From assembly GCA_958295725.1 (NCBI GenBank), contig OY282368.1, forward strand, positions 2,882,365 through 2,946,364: a DNA stretch of 64,000 nucleotides. The letters run 5' to 3'. Of the stretch, positions 31,279 through 40,781 are shown one piece after another (the first letter of the stretch is position 1; each line of letters begins with the position of its first letter). The stretch comes from an uncultured Alphaproteobacteria bacterium. GTDB taxonomy: Bacteria > Pseudomonadota > Alphaproteobacteria > UBA2966. Position numbers and translations under genes: made by a program. The notes under the pieces are model-generated. The model was not told where the DNA came from and did not search any database. It worked only from the letters and a program-made list of their open reading frames with translations.

Positions 31279-32385
31279 TCAGGCGGCGTGCCTCGCCCGC
31301 TCGGGGTACAGCGACGCCAAGCCCTCGACCGACGCTTCGCAGATCCCCCGTTCGGTGATCAACGCGGTCACGAGATGCGCGGGCGTGACGTCGAAGGCGA
31401 AATTCGCGGCGGCGCTACCGTCGGGCGTCAGTCGGACGGTCGCGACCTCGCCCGACCGGGTCCGACCCGAAATCTCCGTGACCTCGATGCCGTCACGCTC
31501 CTCGATGGGTATGTCGCGGACGCCGTCGCGGATGGTCCAGTCGACGGTGGAATGCGGCAGACCGACGTAAAACGGCACGCCGTTGTCACGCGCGGCCAGG
31601 GCCTTCGGATAGGTCCCGATCTTGTTGCAGACATCGCCGGCCGCAGTCGTGCGGTCCGTCCCGGTAATGCACAAGTCGACGCGGCCGTGCTGCATGAGAT
31701 GGCCGCCGGCGTTGTCGACGACGACCGTATGCGGCACGCCATGATGAACCAGCTCCCATGCCGTGATGCTGGCGCCCTGGTTGCGCGGCCGCGTCTCTCC
31801 GACCCAGACGTGGACCGGAATCCCGGCATCGTGCGCCTTGTAGATGGGCGCCGTGGCGGTGCCCCAATCGACGGTGGCAAGCCAGCCCGCGTTGCAATGC
31901 GTGAGGATCTCGACGGGCCTTGATCGGCCGGCGGCTTCCCAGGCCTCGCGAACCAGGGAGAGCCCGTGGTCGCCGATAGCCTCGCAGGTGGCCACGTCGT
32001 CATCGCAGACGGCGGCGGCCTTGGCGTAAGCGGCATCCGGCCTGTCTCCGGCGGGGAGCGCGCTCGTCGCCGCCTTCATCTCGTCAAGCGCCCAGCGCAG
32101 ATTGACGGCGGTGGGGCGCGTCGCCAGCAGCATCTCGCAGGCCTGGATCAGGGACGCATCGGAAGGGTCCTCGGCCAGCGCCAGACAGACGCCGTAGGCG
32201 GCCATCGCGCCGATCAGGGGCGCTCCCCGCACGCGCATGTTCCTTATGGCTTCAGCGGCGTCCGCGACGGTGTTCAGCGCGCGCGTGACGAATTCGTGCG
32301 GCAGACGGGTCTGGTCGATTATGTGGACGCTACGCCCGTCGTCTCCGACCCAGATCGTGCGATATGGCGCGCCGTGGACGTTCAT
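31279..32385 (-). CDS. mtnA: S-methyl-5-thioribose-1-phosphate isomerase
   Basis: eIF2B-related MtnA motifs (RGAPLIGAMAAYG, CNAGWLATVDWGTA). Confidence 0.85.
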   Translation of the reverse strand: MNVHGAPYRTIWVGDDGRSVHIIDQTRLPHEFVTRALNTVADAAEAIRNMRVRGAPLIGAMAAYGVCLALAEDPSDASLIQACEMLLATRPTAVNLRWALDEMKAATSALPAGDRPDAAYAKAAAVCDDDVATCEAIGDHGLSLVREAWEAAGRSRPVEILTHCNAGWLATVDWGTATAPIYKAHDAGIPVHVWVGETRPRNQGASITAWELVHHGVPHTVVVDNAGGHLMQHGRVDLCITGTDRTTAAGDVCNKIGTYPKALAARDNGVPFYVGLPHSTVDWTIRDGVRDIPIEERDGIEVTEISGRTRSGEVATVRLTPDGSAAANFAFDVTPAHLVTALITERGICEASVEGLASLYPERARHAA

Positions 32386-32406
32386 GGGACGACTCCCGGC
32401 TGTTCC

Positions 32407-32952
32407 TCATTCCCCTTCGAACTCGCAGAGCGCAAGGACCTCGAGTCCCATGTCTTCGACTCGCTTGCGGCCGCCCAGGTCCGGCAGGTCGATGACGAAC
32501 GAGCAGCCGACAACCTCGGCGCCGACCTGCCGCAGGAGCTTGATCGCCGCTTCCGCCGTTCCACCGGTCGCGATGAGATCGTCGACGAGAAGCACGTGGG
32601 AACTCGGCTCGATCGCGTCCCGGTGGATCTCCACCCGGTCCGTGCCGTATTCCAGTTCGTAATCCTCGCCGATCGTCTCCCAGGGGAGCTTGCCCTTCTT
32701 GCGCACGGGAACGAAGCCGACCGAGAGCTGATAGGCCACCGCGCCGCCGAGGACGAACCCGCGCGCCTCGATGCCGGCGACGACATCGATGCGATCGCCC
32801 GCGTAGGGCTGAATCAGTTCATCGACGGCCTTACGGAAACCGAACGGATCCCGCAGCAGGGTCGTGATGTCCCGAAACATCACGCCTTTCCTCGGATAGT
32901 TCGGAATGGTGCGGATGAGCGACTTGTAGGGCATCCGTTGCTCCCGCGACAT
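32407..32952 (-). CDS. apt: Adenine phosphoribosyltransferase
   Basis: PRT motif ([16 protein letters not shown]) with an Apt N-terminus ([11 protein letters not shown]). The start is 32952 or 32934. Confidence 0.9.
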   Translation of the reverse strand: MSREQRMPYKSLIRTIPNYPRKGVMFRDITTLLRDPFGFRKAVDELIQPYAGDRIDVVAGIEARGFVLGGAVAYQLSVGFVPVRKKGKLPWETIGEDYELEYGTDRVEIHRDAIEPSSHVLLVDDLIATGGTAEAAIKLLRQVGAEVVGCSFVIDLPDLGGRKRVEDMGLEVLALCEFEGE

Positions 32953-32961
32953 CGAGTGCGA

Positions 32962-33843
32962 CTATGGCGCGTCGTGGACGGACGCGTCGAGCACTCGGCC
33001 GGCGACGGCGTCCAGTTTCGCGAGCATGGCGGGGTCGCGCACCTCGGGAGCCGTGATCAGCGCCGTTTCGAGCGCCCGGTCGCACCCGTGCGGACAAGTC
33101 GCCGGTCGGTCACCGAGCGCGGGTATCACGGCGCGCACGAGATCGCGCGCCTTGCCGGCATTGCTCACGAGTACGCGGATGATGTCTCCGACCTCGACGT
33201 TGTCGTGATCCGGGTGCCAACAGTCGTAATCGGTGACCATCGCGACGGTGGCGTAGCACATCTCCGCCTCCCTCGCGAGCCTGGCCTCGGGCATGTTGGT
33301 CATGCCGATCACGGAGCAGCCCCAACTACGGTAGAGCTCCGATTCGGCCAAGCTCGAGAATTGGGGGCCCTCCATGGCGAGATAGGTGCCGCCACGCGCC
33401 ATCGGGATGTTCAGGGACCTGGCCGCGGCCTCCAGACGGTCACCGAGACGGGCGCACACCGGGTGGGCCATGGATACGTGCGCCACCATGCCCTCGCCGA
33501 AGAACGTCTGGCGCCGTTCGAAGGTACGGTCGATAAACTGATCGACGAGCACGAACGTGCCCGGTGCCAACTCCTCCCTGAAAGATCCCACGGCACTGAC
33601 GGAAATGACGTCGGTCACCCCGGCCCGCTTCAGTGCGTCGATGTTGGCGCGAAAGTTGATGTCGGTCGGCGACAGCGGATGGCCGCGGCCGTGCCGTGGC
33701 AGGAAGGCCAGATCGGTTCCGGCGAGCCGGCCGAACATCAGTTCGTCCGACGGCTTCCCGAACGGCGATTCGACCATCTCCCAGCGAACGTCCTCCAGTC
33801 CGTCGATATCGTAAACGCCGCTTCCGCCGATGACGCCGGTCAT
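32962..33843 (-). CDS. mtnP: S-methyl-5'-thioadenosine phosphorylase
   Basis: MTAP/PNP family motifs (IGGSGVYDI, LPRHGRGH, GMTNMPEARLAREAE). The start is ATG 33843; an alternative start is 33867. Confidence 0.85.
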   Translation of the reverse strand: MTGVIGGSGVYDIDGLEDVRWEMVESPFGKPSDELMFGRLAGTDLAFLPRHGRGHPLSPTDINFRANIDALKRAGVTDVISVSAVGSFREELAPGTFVLVDQFIDRTFERRQTFFGEGMVAHVSMAHPVCARLGDRLEAAARSLNIPMARGGTYLAMEGPQFSSLAESELYRSWGCSVIGMTNMPEARLAREAEMCYATVAMVTDYDCWHPDHDNVEVGDIIRVLVSNAGKARDLVRAVIPALGDRPATCPHGCDRALETALITAPEVRDPAMLAKLDAVAGRVLDASVHDAP

Positions 33844-34043
33844 CGCCCTGCCGTCCGTTCCAGTCATGTCGCTGATGCCTCCACTGTCCGATTCGGGTAG
33901 CGGGAACCGATATCCGTCCTTCCTCCAGGTCGCCGAACGTTGCGCGGCGGCTCGCGGACGGACCATCGGAAACCGACGCCGGAAACGAACTGTCGAGTCT
34001 CTCCCGGCGTTCCAGGCCGATACTTCCGAGTATGGACGTCGGC

Positions 34044-34832
34044 TTAATGCACGTCGCGCCAGACTTTGCGTTTGACCATGTAGAGAAGCACGGTCAGCAA
34101 GACCAGAAAGGTCATCACCTTGATGCCCATCCGCTTGCGCGCTTCCATCTCGGGCTCGGCCGCCCAAGTCAGGAACGTTGTGACGTCCCGCGCCATCCGC
34201 TCGACGGACGCTTTCGTGCCGTCCGCGTATTCGACGCCATCCTCGACCAGGGGCGGCGGCATGGCGATCTGGCTGCCGTCATAATAGGGATTGTAGCTCA
34301 TCCCCTCGCCCAACTCGACGTCGGCGGGCGGGTCCTCGTAGCCTGTCAGTAGTGAAAATACGTAATCCTCGCCACCGGCGCGAGCCTTGACGATCAGAGA
34401 CAGATCCGGCGGCAGGGAGCCGTTGTTGGCCGCCCGCGCCGCGTTGTCGTTGGCGAAAGGCGCCGGCATGTAGTCGGCAAGAACGGCCGGCCGCTCGAAC
34501 ATCTCGCCTTCCTCGTCGGGACCGTCCGTGACCTCGTACTGGGCAGCGATGGCCTTGGCCTGCATCTCATCGAAGCCGATGGACCGCAGATTGCGGAAAG
34601 CGAAGTATTTGAGCGCGTGACACGTCGCGCAGACCTCCTGATAGACCTGGAAGCCGCGCTGGAGCTCGGCCCGGTCATAGGTGCCGAACGGCCCCTGGAA
34701 CGAGAAGCCGGGCGATTTCGGCGCCCTACCGTCGCCGGCCGCCATCAAGGGTCCGGCCGCCAGAAGCGCCAAGCAGGCAGCGACCACGGCAAGCACCGGC
34801 CGCACGAATATCGTCGGGCATCGACCGGTCAT
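34044..34832 (-). CDS. petC: Cytochrome c1 of the bc1 complex
   Basis: Heme-binding motif CATCH and a C-terminal membrane anchor. The start is trimmed to MTGRCPTIF; its ATG overlaps the petB TGA stop. Confidence 0.9.
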   Translation of the reverse strand: MTGRCPTIFVRPVLAVVAACLALLAAGPLMAAGDGRAPKSPGFSFQGPFGTYDRAELQRGFQVYQEVCATCHALKYFAFRNLRSIGFDEMQAKAIAAQYEVTDGPDEEGEMFERPAVLADYMPAPFANDNAARAANNGSLPPDLSLIVKARAGGEDYVFSLLTGYEDPPADVELGEGMSYNPYYDGSQIAMPPPLVEDGVEYADGTKASVERMARDVTTFLTWAAEPEMEARKRMGIKVMTFLVLLTVLLYMVKRKVWRDVH

Positions 34833-36079
34833 TGCGCGCCCTCCTTCGCCGAATCCACGCCGCCTCCCTTGTCGAGGACCGACGTGGCGATGGAGTCGGG
34901 CAGCTGTCGCGGCGTCTCGAACCAGCCAACGAACGGCATGATGACGATGAAGTGCAGGAAGTAGTAGGCCGTCGCCAGCTGACCGATCAGGATGAAATGA
35001 CCCTCGGGCGGATTGGCGCCGACCCACCCGAGAACCAGGATGTCAGCGATCAGAATCCAATAGAACTGCCTATAGATGGGTCGGAATGTCGCCGATCGCA
35101 CCCGGGACGTGTCGAGCCACGGGATCAGGAACAACACGCCGATGGCCGCCCCCATCGCGACGACGCCTCCGAGCTTGTCCGGGATGGCCCGCAAGATCGC
35201 GTAATACGGCAGCAGATACCACTCGGGCACGATGTGCGGCGGGGTTTGCAGTGGATTGGCGGGGATGTAGTTGTCGGGATGCCCTAGGTAGTTCGGGTTG
35301 TAGAACACCCAGTAGGCGAAAACGATCAGGAACACGCCGAGGCCCAACAGATCCTTCACCGTGTAATACGGATTGAAGGGGATGGTATCCTGCGGACCCT
35401 TCACGTCGATGCCGGCAGGGTTGTTGGAGCCATGCGTATGCAGCGCCCAGATGTGGACGATAACCACGCCGGCGATGACGAAGGGCAGGAGGTAGTGCAG
35501 GCTGAAGAAGCGCTGAAGCGTCGGGCTGTCGACCGCGAAACCGCCCCACAGCCAAGTCACGATGGGGTCGCCGATCAGAGGAATGGCCGAGAACAGGTTG
35601 GTGATCACGGTGGCGGCCCAGAAACTCATTTGACCCCAGGGCAGGACGTAGCCCATGAAGGCGGTCGCCATCATGAGCAGCATGATCGCGAGTCCGATCC
35701 ACCACAGGAGCTCGCGCGGGTACTTGTAGGAACCGTAGTACAGACCGCGGAAGACGTGGATGTAGACCACGAGGAAGAACATCGAGGCGCCGTTGGCGTG
35801 GATGTAGCGGATCAGCCAGCCGTAGTTGACGTCGCGCATGATGTGCTCGACGGAATCGAACGCCATGTCCCCATGCGGCACGTAGTGCATGGCGAGCACG
35901 ATGCCGGTCACGATCTGAATGACGAGCGCGGCGCCCGCCAAGGAACCCATATTCCACAGGTAGTTCAGGTTCTTCGGAGCGGGATAGCCCGAACCGACGG
36001 AGTGATCGAGCCAACTGAAAATCGGCAGCCGATACTCGATCCACTGCACGATCCGGTTGCCGGAACCGGGAGAACTCAT
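34829..36079 (-). CDS. petB: Cytochrome b of the bc1 complex
   Basis: Highly conserved cytochrome b sequence. The start is trimmed to [20 protein letters not shown]. Confidence 0.95.
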   Translation of the reverse strand: MSSPGSGNRIVQWIEYRLPIFSWLDHSVGSGYPAPKNLNYLWNMGSLAGAALVIQIVTGIVLAMHYVPHGDMAFDSVEHIMRDVNYGWLIRYIHANGASMFFLVVYIHVFRGLYYGSYKYPRELLWWIGLAIMLLMMATAFMGYVLPWGQMSFWAATVITNLFSAIPLIGDPIVTWLWGGFAVDSPTLQRFFSLHYLLPFVIAGVVIVHIWALHTHGSNNPAGIDVKGPQDTIPFNPYYTVKDLLGLGVFLIVFAYWVFYNPNYLGHPDNYIPANPLQTPPHIVPEWYLLPYYAILRAIPDKLGGVVAMGAAIGVLFLIPWLDTSRVRSATFRPIYRQFYWILIADILVLGWVGANPPEGHFILIGQLATAYYFLHFIVIMPFVGWFETPRQLPDSIATSVLDKGGGVDSAKEGAQ

Positions 36080-36090
36080 GTGGGGGCTCC

Positions 36091-36639
36091 CTAGCCGATT
36101 TTGATGGTGGTGTCGGAAAGGAATTCGTATGGCGGGACCGCGAGGTTTTCGGGAGCCGGTCCCTTCCTGATCCGGCCCGAAGTATCGTAGTGCGAGCCGT
36201 GACACGGGCAGAACCAACCGCCGAACTCACCTTGAGGATCGGTGGCCTTCTGGCCCAGAGGCACGCACCCGAGATGGGTGCAGACGCCGACCATGACCAG
36301 CCATTTGTCCTGCCGGACCCGATCCTCGTCGGCTTGCGGGTCTCGCAGGCCTCCGACGTCCACATTGCGCGCCGCCTCGATTTCGGCGGCCGTTCGGTGA
36401 CGAATGAAAACGGGTTTGCCCCGCCATACGACCGTGACGGCCTGTCCCTCCTCAAGGGTGGACAGGTCCACCTCGGTGGAGGCGAGAGCCAACACGTCGG
36501 AAGACGGGTTCATCTGATCGACGAGAGGCCATGCCGCCAGCGCGGTTCCAACGCCGCCAAAGGCTCCCGTCGCGATGTAAAGGAAATCACGGCGGCTCGC
36601 GTCATCCCCGTGTCCGCCGTCGGACGTCGTCGTCGACAT
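36091..36639 (-). CDS. petA: Ubiquinol-cytochrome c reductase Rieske iron-sulfur subunit
   Basis: Rieske boxes CTHLGC and CPCHGS, with a Tat-like N-terminus (RRDFL). Confidence 0.95.
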   Translation of the reverse strand: MSTTTSDGGHGDDASRRDFLYIATGAFGGVGTALAAWPLVDQMNPSSDVLALASTEVDLSTLEEGQAVTVVWRGKPVFIRHRTAAEIEAARNVDVGGLRDPQADEDRVRQDKWLVMVGVCTHLGCVPLGQKATDPQGEFGGWFCPCHGSHYDTSGRIRKGPAPENLAVPPYEFLSDTTIKIG

Positions 36640-36709
36640 GTGACCAAACCCGCTAATTCATGCGAAAGGCGCGCTCTTTGTCTCAAAAATCCCCTGCCTT
36701 GTCCAGAGC

Positions 36710-37654
36710 GTGCAAGGTATGGTGACGTATCGAGCCATGCGTCGGACGGACGAGTTCGCGCGACAGGCGGAATCCTTGGGGCTCGATCACGACAACACCA
36801 TGACACTCCCGACCGAGGATCGCCGGAATCACGCCGCCAACTGGTTCCGGCAGTTGCGGAACGACATCTGCGCGGACTTCGAGAGACTGGAAGACGCCTA
36901 CAGCGGGCCGTTGTCCGACCAGCCGCCCGGCCGGTTCGAGCGGCGGGAGTGGTCGCGTGGCGAGGACGGCGGCGGTGGCGTGATGTCGATCATGCGCGGG
37001 CGCGTCTTCGAAAAGGTCGGCGTCAACATCTCGACCGTGCATGGCGAGCTCTCGAAGGAATTCCGCGGCAATGTCCCGGGGGCCGAGGAGTATCCCGGAT
37101 TTTGGGCGACCGGCATCTCGCTGGTGGCGCACATGTGGTCCCCCCACGTGCCGACGGTGCATATGAATACCCGGCACATCGTGACCACGAAAGCGTGGTT
37201 CGGCGGCGGCGCCGACCTTACGCCGACGATCGCCAACGACACGGATACGCGGGAGTTTCACACCGAACTGAAGAAAGCCTGCGATTTCCACGATCCAGCG
37301 TACTATCCGAGGTTCAAGCGGGCCTGCGATGAATACTTTCATCTGGCCCATCGTGACGAGCCTCGCGGCGTGGGCGGCATTTTCTTCGACTACCACGACA
37401 CCGGCGACTGGATGGCGGATTTCGCTTTCACCCGGGACGTCGGTCTCGCCTTCAGCGAAGTCTTTCCACGCATCGTGCGCCGTCACATGAACGAGACCTG
37501 GACCGACGAGGAGCGCGAACGCCAACTCATCCGCCGCGGACGCTATGTCGAATTCAACCTGCTGTACGACCGCGGCACCCAGTTCGGGCTGAAGACGGGT
37601 GGCAACGTAGACGCGATCCTGATGTCGTTGCCACCCGAGGTGAAATGGCCGTAA
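36710..37654 (+). CDS. hemF: Oxygen-dependent coproporphyrinogen-III oxidase
   Basis: HemF signature conserved throughout ([22 protein letters not shown]...). The exact start is uncertain among several in-frame Met codons. Confidence 0.85.
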   Translation: MQGMVTYRAMRRTDEFARQAESLGLDHDNTMTLPTEDRRNHAANWFRQLRNDICADFERLEDAYSGPLSDQPPGRFERREWSRGEDGGGGVMSIMRGRVFEKVGVNISTVHGELSKEFRGNVPGAEEYPGFWATGISLVAHMWSPHVPTVHMNTRHIVTTKAWFGGGADLTPTIANDTDTREFHTELKKACDFHDPAYYPRFKRACDEYFHLAHRDEPRGVGGIFFDYHDTGDWMADFAFTRDVGLAFSEVFPRIVRRHMNETWTDEERERQLIRRGRYVEFNLLYDRGTQFGLKTGGNVDAILMSLPPEVKWP

Positions 37655-37759
37655 GCGTCAGCGATGGCGGTTGGGCGCTCCCCTGGACGCCGGTCCGGCG
37701 GCCAACTCTCCGACGGGCAGTGCCGATCCCGACGATCGCAAATACGAAGGGAAACCGAT

Positions 37760-37835
37760 TGGCGTCCCCTAGGGGACTCGAACCCCTGTTTTCGGCGTGA
37801 GAGGCCGATGTCCTAGGCCACTAGACGAAGGGGAC
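37760..37835 (-). tRNA. tRNA-Glu (anticodon CUC)
   Basis: The reverse complement reads GTCCCCTTCGTCTAGTGGCCTAGGACATCGGCCTCTCACGCCGAAAACAGGGGTTCGAGTCCCCTAGGGGACGCCA. This is a cloverleaf with T-loop GGTTCGAGTCC and anticodon loop CTCTCAC, CCA-encoded, and near-identical in architecture to E. coli tRNA-Glu. Confidence 0.9.
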
Positions 37836-37958
37836 GCCGTGATCCGTAGGAGATAGCCGACGACTCTCGTTTGATCAAGTCCCTGTCCCGGTTCAGGACA
37901 CACACCGACGCGAACGGACGGCGACGGGACAACGCGGCTGGACGGCGGCCGGTTCCGT

Positions 37959-38729
37959 TCATTGCGCCGTGACTCCACCGTCGATCACGAATTCCGCACC
38001 GGTGACGAACTTCGATTCGTCGGAAGCGAGATAGACGATCATGTGCGCCACGTCGTCGGGCTCGCCGATCCCGCCGAGGGGAATCTGCCGCGCGAGCTTC
38101 CGGCGGGTCCGCTCGGGATCGTCCGACGCCTCGATCATCGACCGCACCATGGCCGTCTCGATGAACGTGGGATGGACCGAGTTGCAGCGAATGCCGTAGC
38201 CGGCCCGCGCGCAGTGGAGCGCGACGGACTTGGTCAGCAGGCGGACACCGCCCTTCGAAGAATTGTAGGCCGCGAGGTTGTGGCCGCCGACCAGCCCGGA
38301 TACCGACGACAGGTTGACGATCGACCCACCCCCGCCGCCCTTCATCGCCTCGACGCCGTGCCGGCACCCGAGGAAGACCCCGTCGAGGTTCACGGCATGG
38401 ACCAGCCGCCACGCCTCGAGCGACAGCGACTCGATGTCCCCCAGGATCACGACGCCGGCGTTGTTGACGAGCACGTCGAGGCGGCCGAAGGCCTCCAGCG
38501 TAGCCTTCATGGCGCGGCCCCAATCCTCCGGCCGCGTGACGTCGAGCCGCTCGAAGCGCGCGGACGCGCCGATCTCCGAGGCGGCGTCGTTGCCTGCCTC
38601 GTCCAGGATGTCCGTAACCACGACGCGCGCGCCCTGCTCCGCCATGCGGACCGCGGCGGCGCGACCGAGGCCGGCGGCCGCGCCCGTCACCAGGGCGACC
38701 TTGCCGTCGAGCCTGCCGGCAGAGGTCAT
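37959..38729 (-). CDS. SDR-family NAD(P)-dependent oxidoreductase
   Basis: Cofactor motif TGAAAGLG, the NNAG motif, and the catalytic YxxxK (YNSSKGG). Confidence 0.85.
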   Translation of the reverse strand: MTSAGRLDGKVALVTGAAAGLGRAAAVRMAEQGARVVVTDILDEAGNDAASEIGASARFERLDVTRPEDWGRAMKATLEAFGRLDVLVNNAGVVILGDIESLSLEAWRLVHAVNLDGVFLGCRHGVEAMKGGGGGSIVNLSSVSGLVGGHNLAAYNSSKGGVRLLTKSVALHCARAGYGIRCNSVHPTFIETAMVRSMIEASDDPERTRRKLARQIPLGGIGEPDDVAHMIVYLASDESKFVTGAEFVIDGGVTAQ

Positions 38730-38819
38730 GCCTGGGGCCCGGAATCGCGATCCCCCGCCCGACGGGCCGGTTGGCGGCCGTCGCGAGCCTCTGGACGGCG
38801 GGACACCGGAGGCAGGCCG

Positions 38820-39764
38820 TCACCCGTTATCGACCCACCACGCCGCCAGCTGGTGGGCGATCGATGCGGGGAACGGCAGATGGAAGGCGCCGTCTTCCGA
38901 TTGTTCCGACTTGACGAGGCGGAGTCCCTCGCGCACCTGGTCGCGCGTGAACCACGCGGCGTCCTCGACCTCCCGCGTGTCCACGTTCAGGGCCTCGCTG
39001 ATGGCCTGGCCGACGCAGCCGATCATCAGGGAGGACGGGAACGGCCAAGGTTGGGACGAGTGGTACATCACGTCCCCCACGCGCACGCCCGTCTCCTCGA
39101 AGACCTCGCGCCGCACGGCCTCCTCGATCGTCTCTCCAGGATCCATGAACCCCGCCAGGGTCGAGAACATGCCGGGCGCCCAGAACGACTGACGGCCCAG
39201 GAGAGCCTTGTCGCCCTTGACCACCATCATGATGACCACCGGGTCGGTGCGGGGGAAGTGTCGCGCGCCGCAGGCCGCGTCGGGGCAGTCGCGCCGGTAT
39301 CCCCCGTCTGCGAGCCCCGTCGGAGTCCCGCACCGCGCACAATACCGATGCCGGTCGTGCCAGCCGATCAGCGTACGCGCCTGGGCCGCGATGGAGGTCT
39401 CGTTCGCGGACAGCCGGGACGCCAGTCCTCGCACTTCTTCGAACGCGCCCGCGCCTTCCAGGAGCGGACCCGTTTCCGTGGGGTCGGCCTCGCCGTCGAG
39501 TCCGGTCGCGAACCGGCCGGCCTTTCCGTCGAGACCGAGAAACACCACCTCGCCCGCGCGGGAATCGTCCGTCAGGACGTCGACGGGCTGCCAGGCGAGG
39601 CTGATCGTCGGCGCGACCGTGACCAGGGCCTTGAGCCGCCAGAGCGGCAGCATCCTGCTGTCGGGCCTCGTCAAGAGCTCCCGCAAGGCGGCCGCGTCCC
39701 GCCGGAGGTGGGCCGCGCGGTCCAGCGGACTGCCCGCGAAGACGTGAGGTTCCGTCCGGATCAC
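38820..39764 (-). CDS. nudC: NAD+ diphosphatase (NADH pyrophosphatase) NudC, paralogue 2
   Basis: Zn-ribbon CARCGTPT...C...C and a Nudix box (GFMDPGETIEEAVRREVFEETG). The start is GTG 39764, which overlaps the upstream paralogue's TGA stop. The N-terminus VIRTEPHVFAGSPLDRAAH aligns with paralogue 1's MTRTQPHTFAGNPLDRAAN. Confidence 0.8.
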   Translation of the reverse strand: MIRTEPHVFAGSPLDRAAHLRRDAAALRELLTRPDSRMLPLWRLKALVTVAPTISLAWQPVDVLTDDSRAGEVVFLGLDGKAGRFATGLDGEADPTETGPLLEGAGAFEEVRGLASRLSANETSIAAQARTLIGWHDRHRYCARCGTPTGLADGGYRRDCPDAACGARHFPRTDPVVIMMVVKGDKALLGRQSFWAPGMFSTLAGFMDPGETIEEAVRREVFEETGVRVGDVMYHSSQPWPFPSSLMIGCVGQAISEALNVDTREVEDAAWFTRDQVREGLRLVKSEQSEDGAFHLPFPASIAHQLAAWWVDNG

Positions 39765-40714
39765 GGGGACACGCCCCCTTCCACCCAGGCCTTGATCAGG
39801 TGATGGGCGATGGCGTCCGGAGGCGGAATTTCCAGGTCGCCGTCCGCCGCCGCGTAATCGGGGCTTTCGAAGCAGGGGCGAACCTCCTCGCGAGTCAGCC
39901 ACCGGGCGTCCTGGAGCTCCTCGGGATCGATGGTGATCTCCTCGTTCTCGGCCTCGCCCAGGCAACCGATCATCAGCGACGACGGAAAGGGCCAGGGCTG
40001 GGAAGAGTGATAAGTCACGGCGCCGACGACGATTCCGGCCTCCTCCAGCACCTCGCGCCGGACCGCCTCCTCGATCGACTCGCCGGGATCCACGAAACCG
40101 GCCAACGCGGAATACCGCCTGCGCGTCGGGAACCGTTTGTTGCGCCCCAACAGACACCGGTCGTCCCGCGCGATCAGCATAATGACGACGGGGTCCGTGC
40201 GCGGGAAATGTTGCGCCTTGCACGTCTCGTTCCGGCAAACCCGCATGTATCCGGCCTCGCCGAGCCTCGTAGGCGAGCCGCAGACAGCGCAGAAACCATG
40301 ACGATCGTGCCAGTCGATGAGTGCTCGCGACTGGGCGAGGATGGCCGCCTCGCCGGTTGGAATGTCGGACGCCAGAGGCCGCGCCTCCACGAAGCTGCCC
40401 CGACCCGCAAGCACCCCTTCCGTCGTCGGATCTTCTCCGCCCCTGGCACCGGCGGCGAAGCGCGGGGCGCCTCCGTCGAGACCGAGAAAGACGAGGTCCG
40501 CGTCGTCTCCCGCGAATGCCGGCAGATCCGCCATCGGCCGCCAAGCGAGACGCGGCTCGGGTTCCAAGGTCACCAGCACCCGGAGATCCCAAAGCGGAAG
40601 GAAGCGGCTCTCCGGCGACAAGATCAGACGATCGAGCTCGTCGGGCCGGCGTCGGACGTTCGCGGCGCGATCCAAGGGGTTTCCCGCGAACGTATGCGGC
40701 TGGGTACGCGTCAT
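39761..40714 (-). CDS. nudC: NAD+ diphosphatase (NADH pyrophosphatase) NudC, paralogue 1
   Basis: Zn-ribbon CAVCGSPT...C...C and a Nudix box (GFVDPGESIEEAVRREVLEEAG). The track merged both paralogues into one 637-aa ORF. Confidence 0.85.
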   Translation of the reverse strand: MTRTQPHTFAGNPLDRAANVRRRPDELDRLILSPESRFLPLWDLRVLVTLEPEPRLAWRPMADLPAFAGDDADLVFLGLDGGAPRFAAGARGGEDPTTEGVLAGRGSFVEARPLASDIPTGEAAILAQSRALIDWHDRHGFCAVCGSPTRLGEAGYMRVCRNETCKAQHFPRTDPVVIMLIARDDRCLLGRNKRFPTRRRYSALAGFVDPGESIEEAVRREVLEEAGIVVGAVTYHSSQPWPFPSSLMIGCLGEAENEEITIDPEELQDARWLTREEVRPCFESPDYAAADGDLEIPPPDAIAHHLIKAWVEGGVSP

Positions 40715-40781
40715 CGGGGACCGCCGGGGACATCGGATGGGCTAGACAGGAAGCCAGATCGGCACGGAGGCCAAGGTGGCA

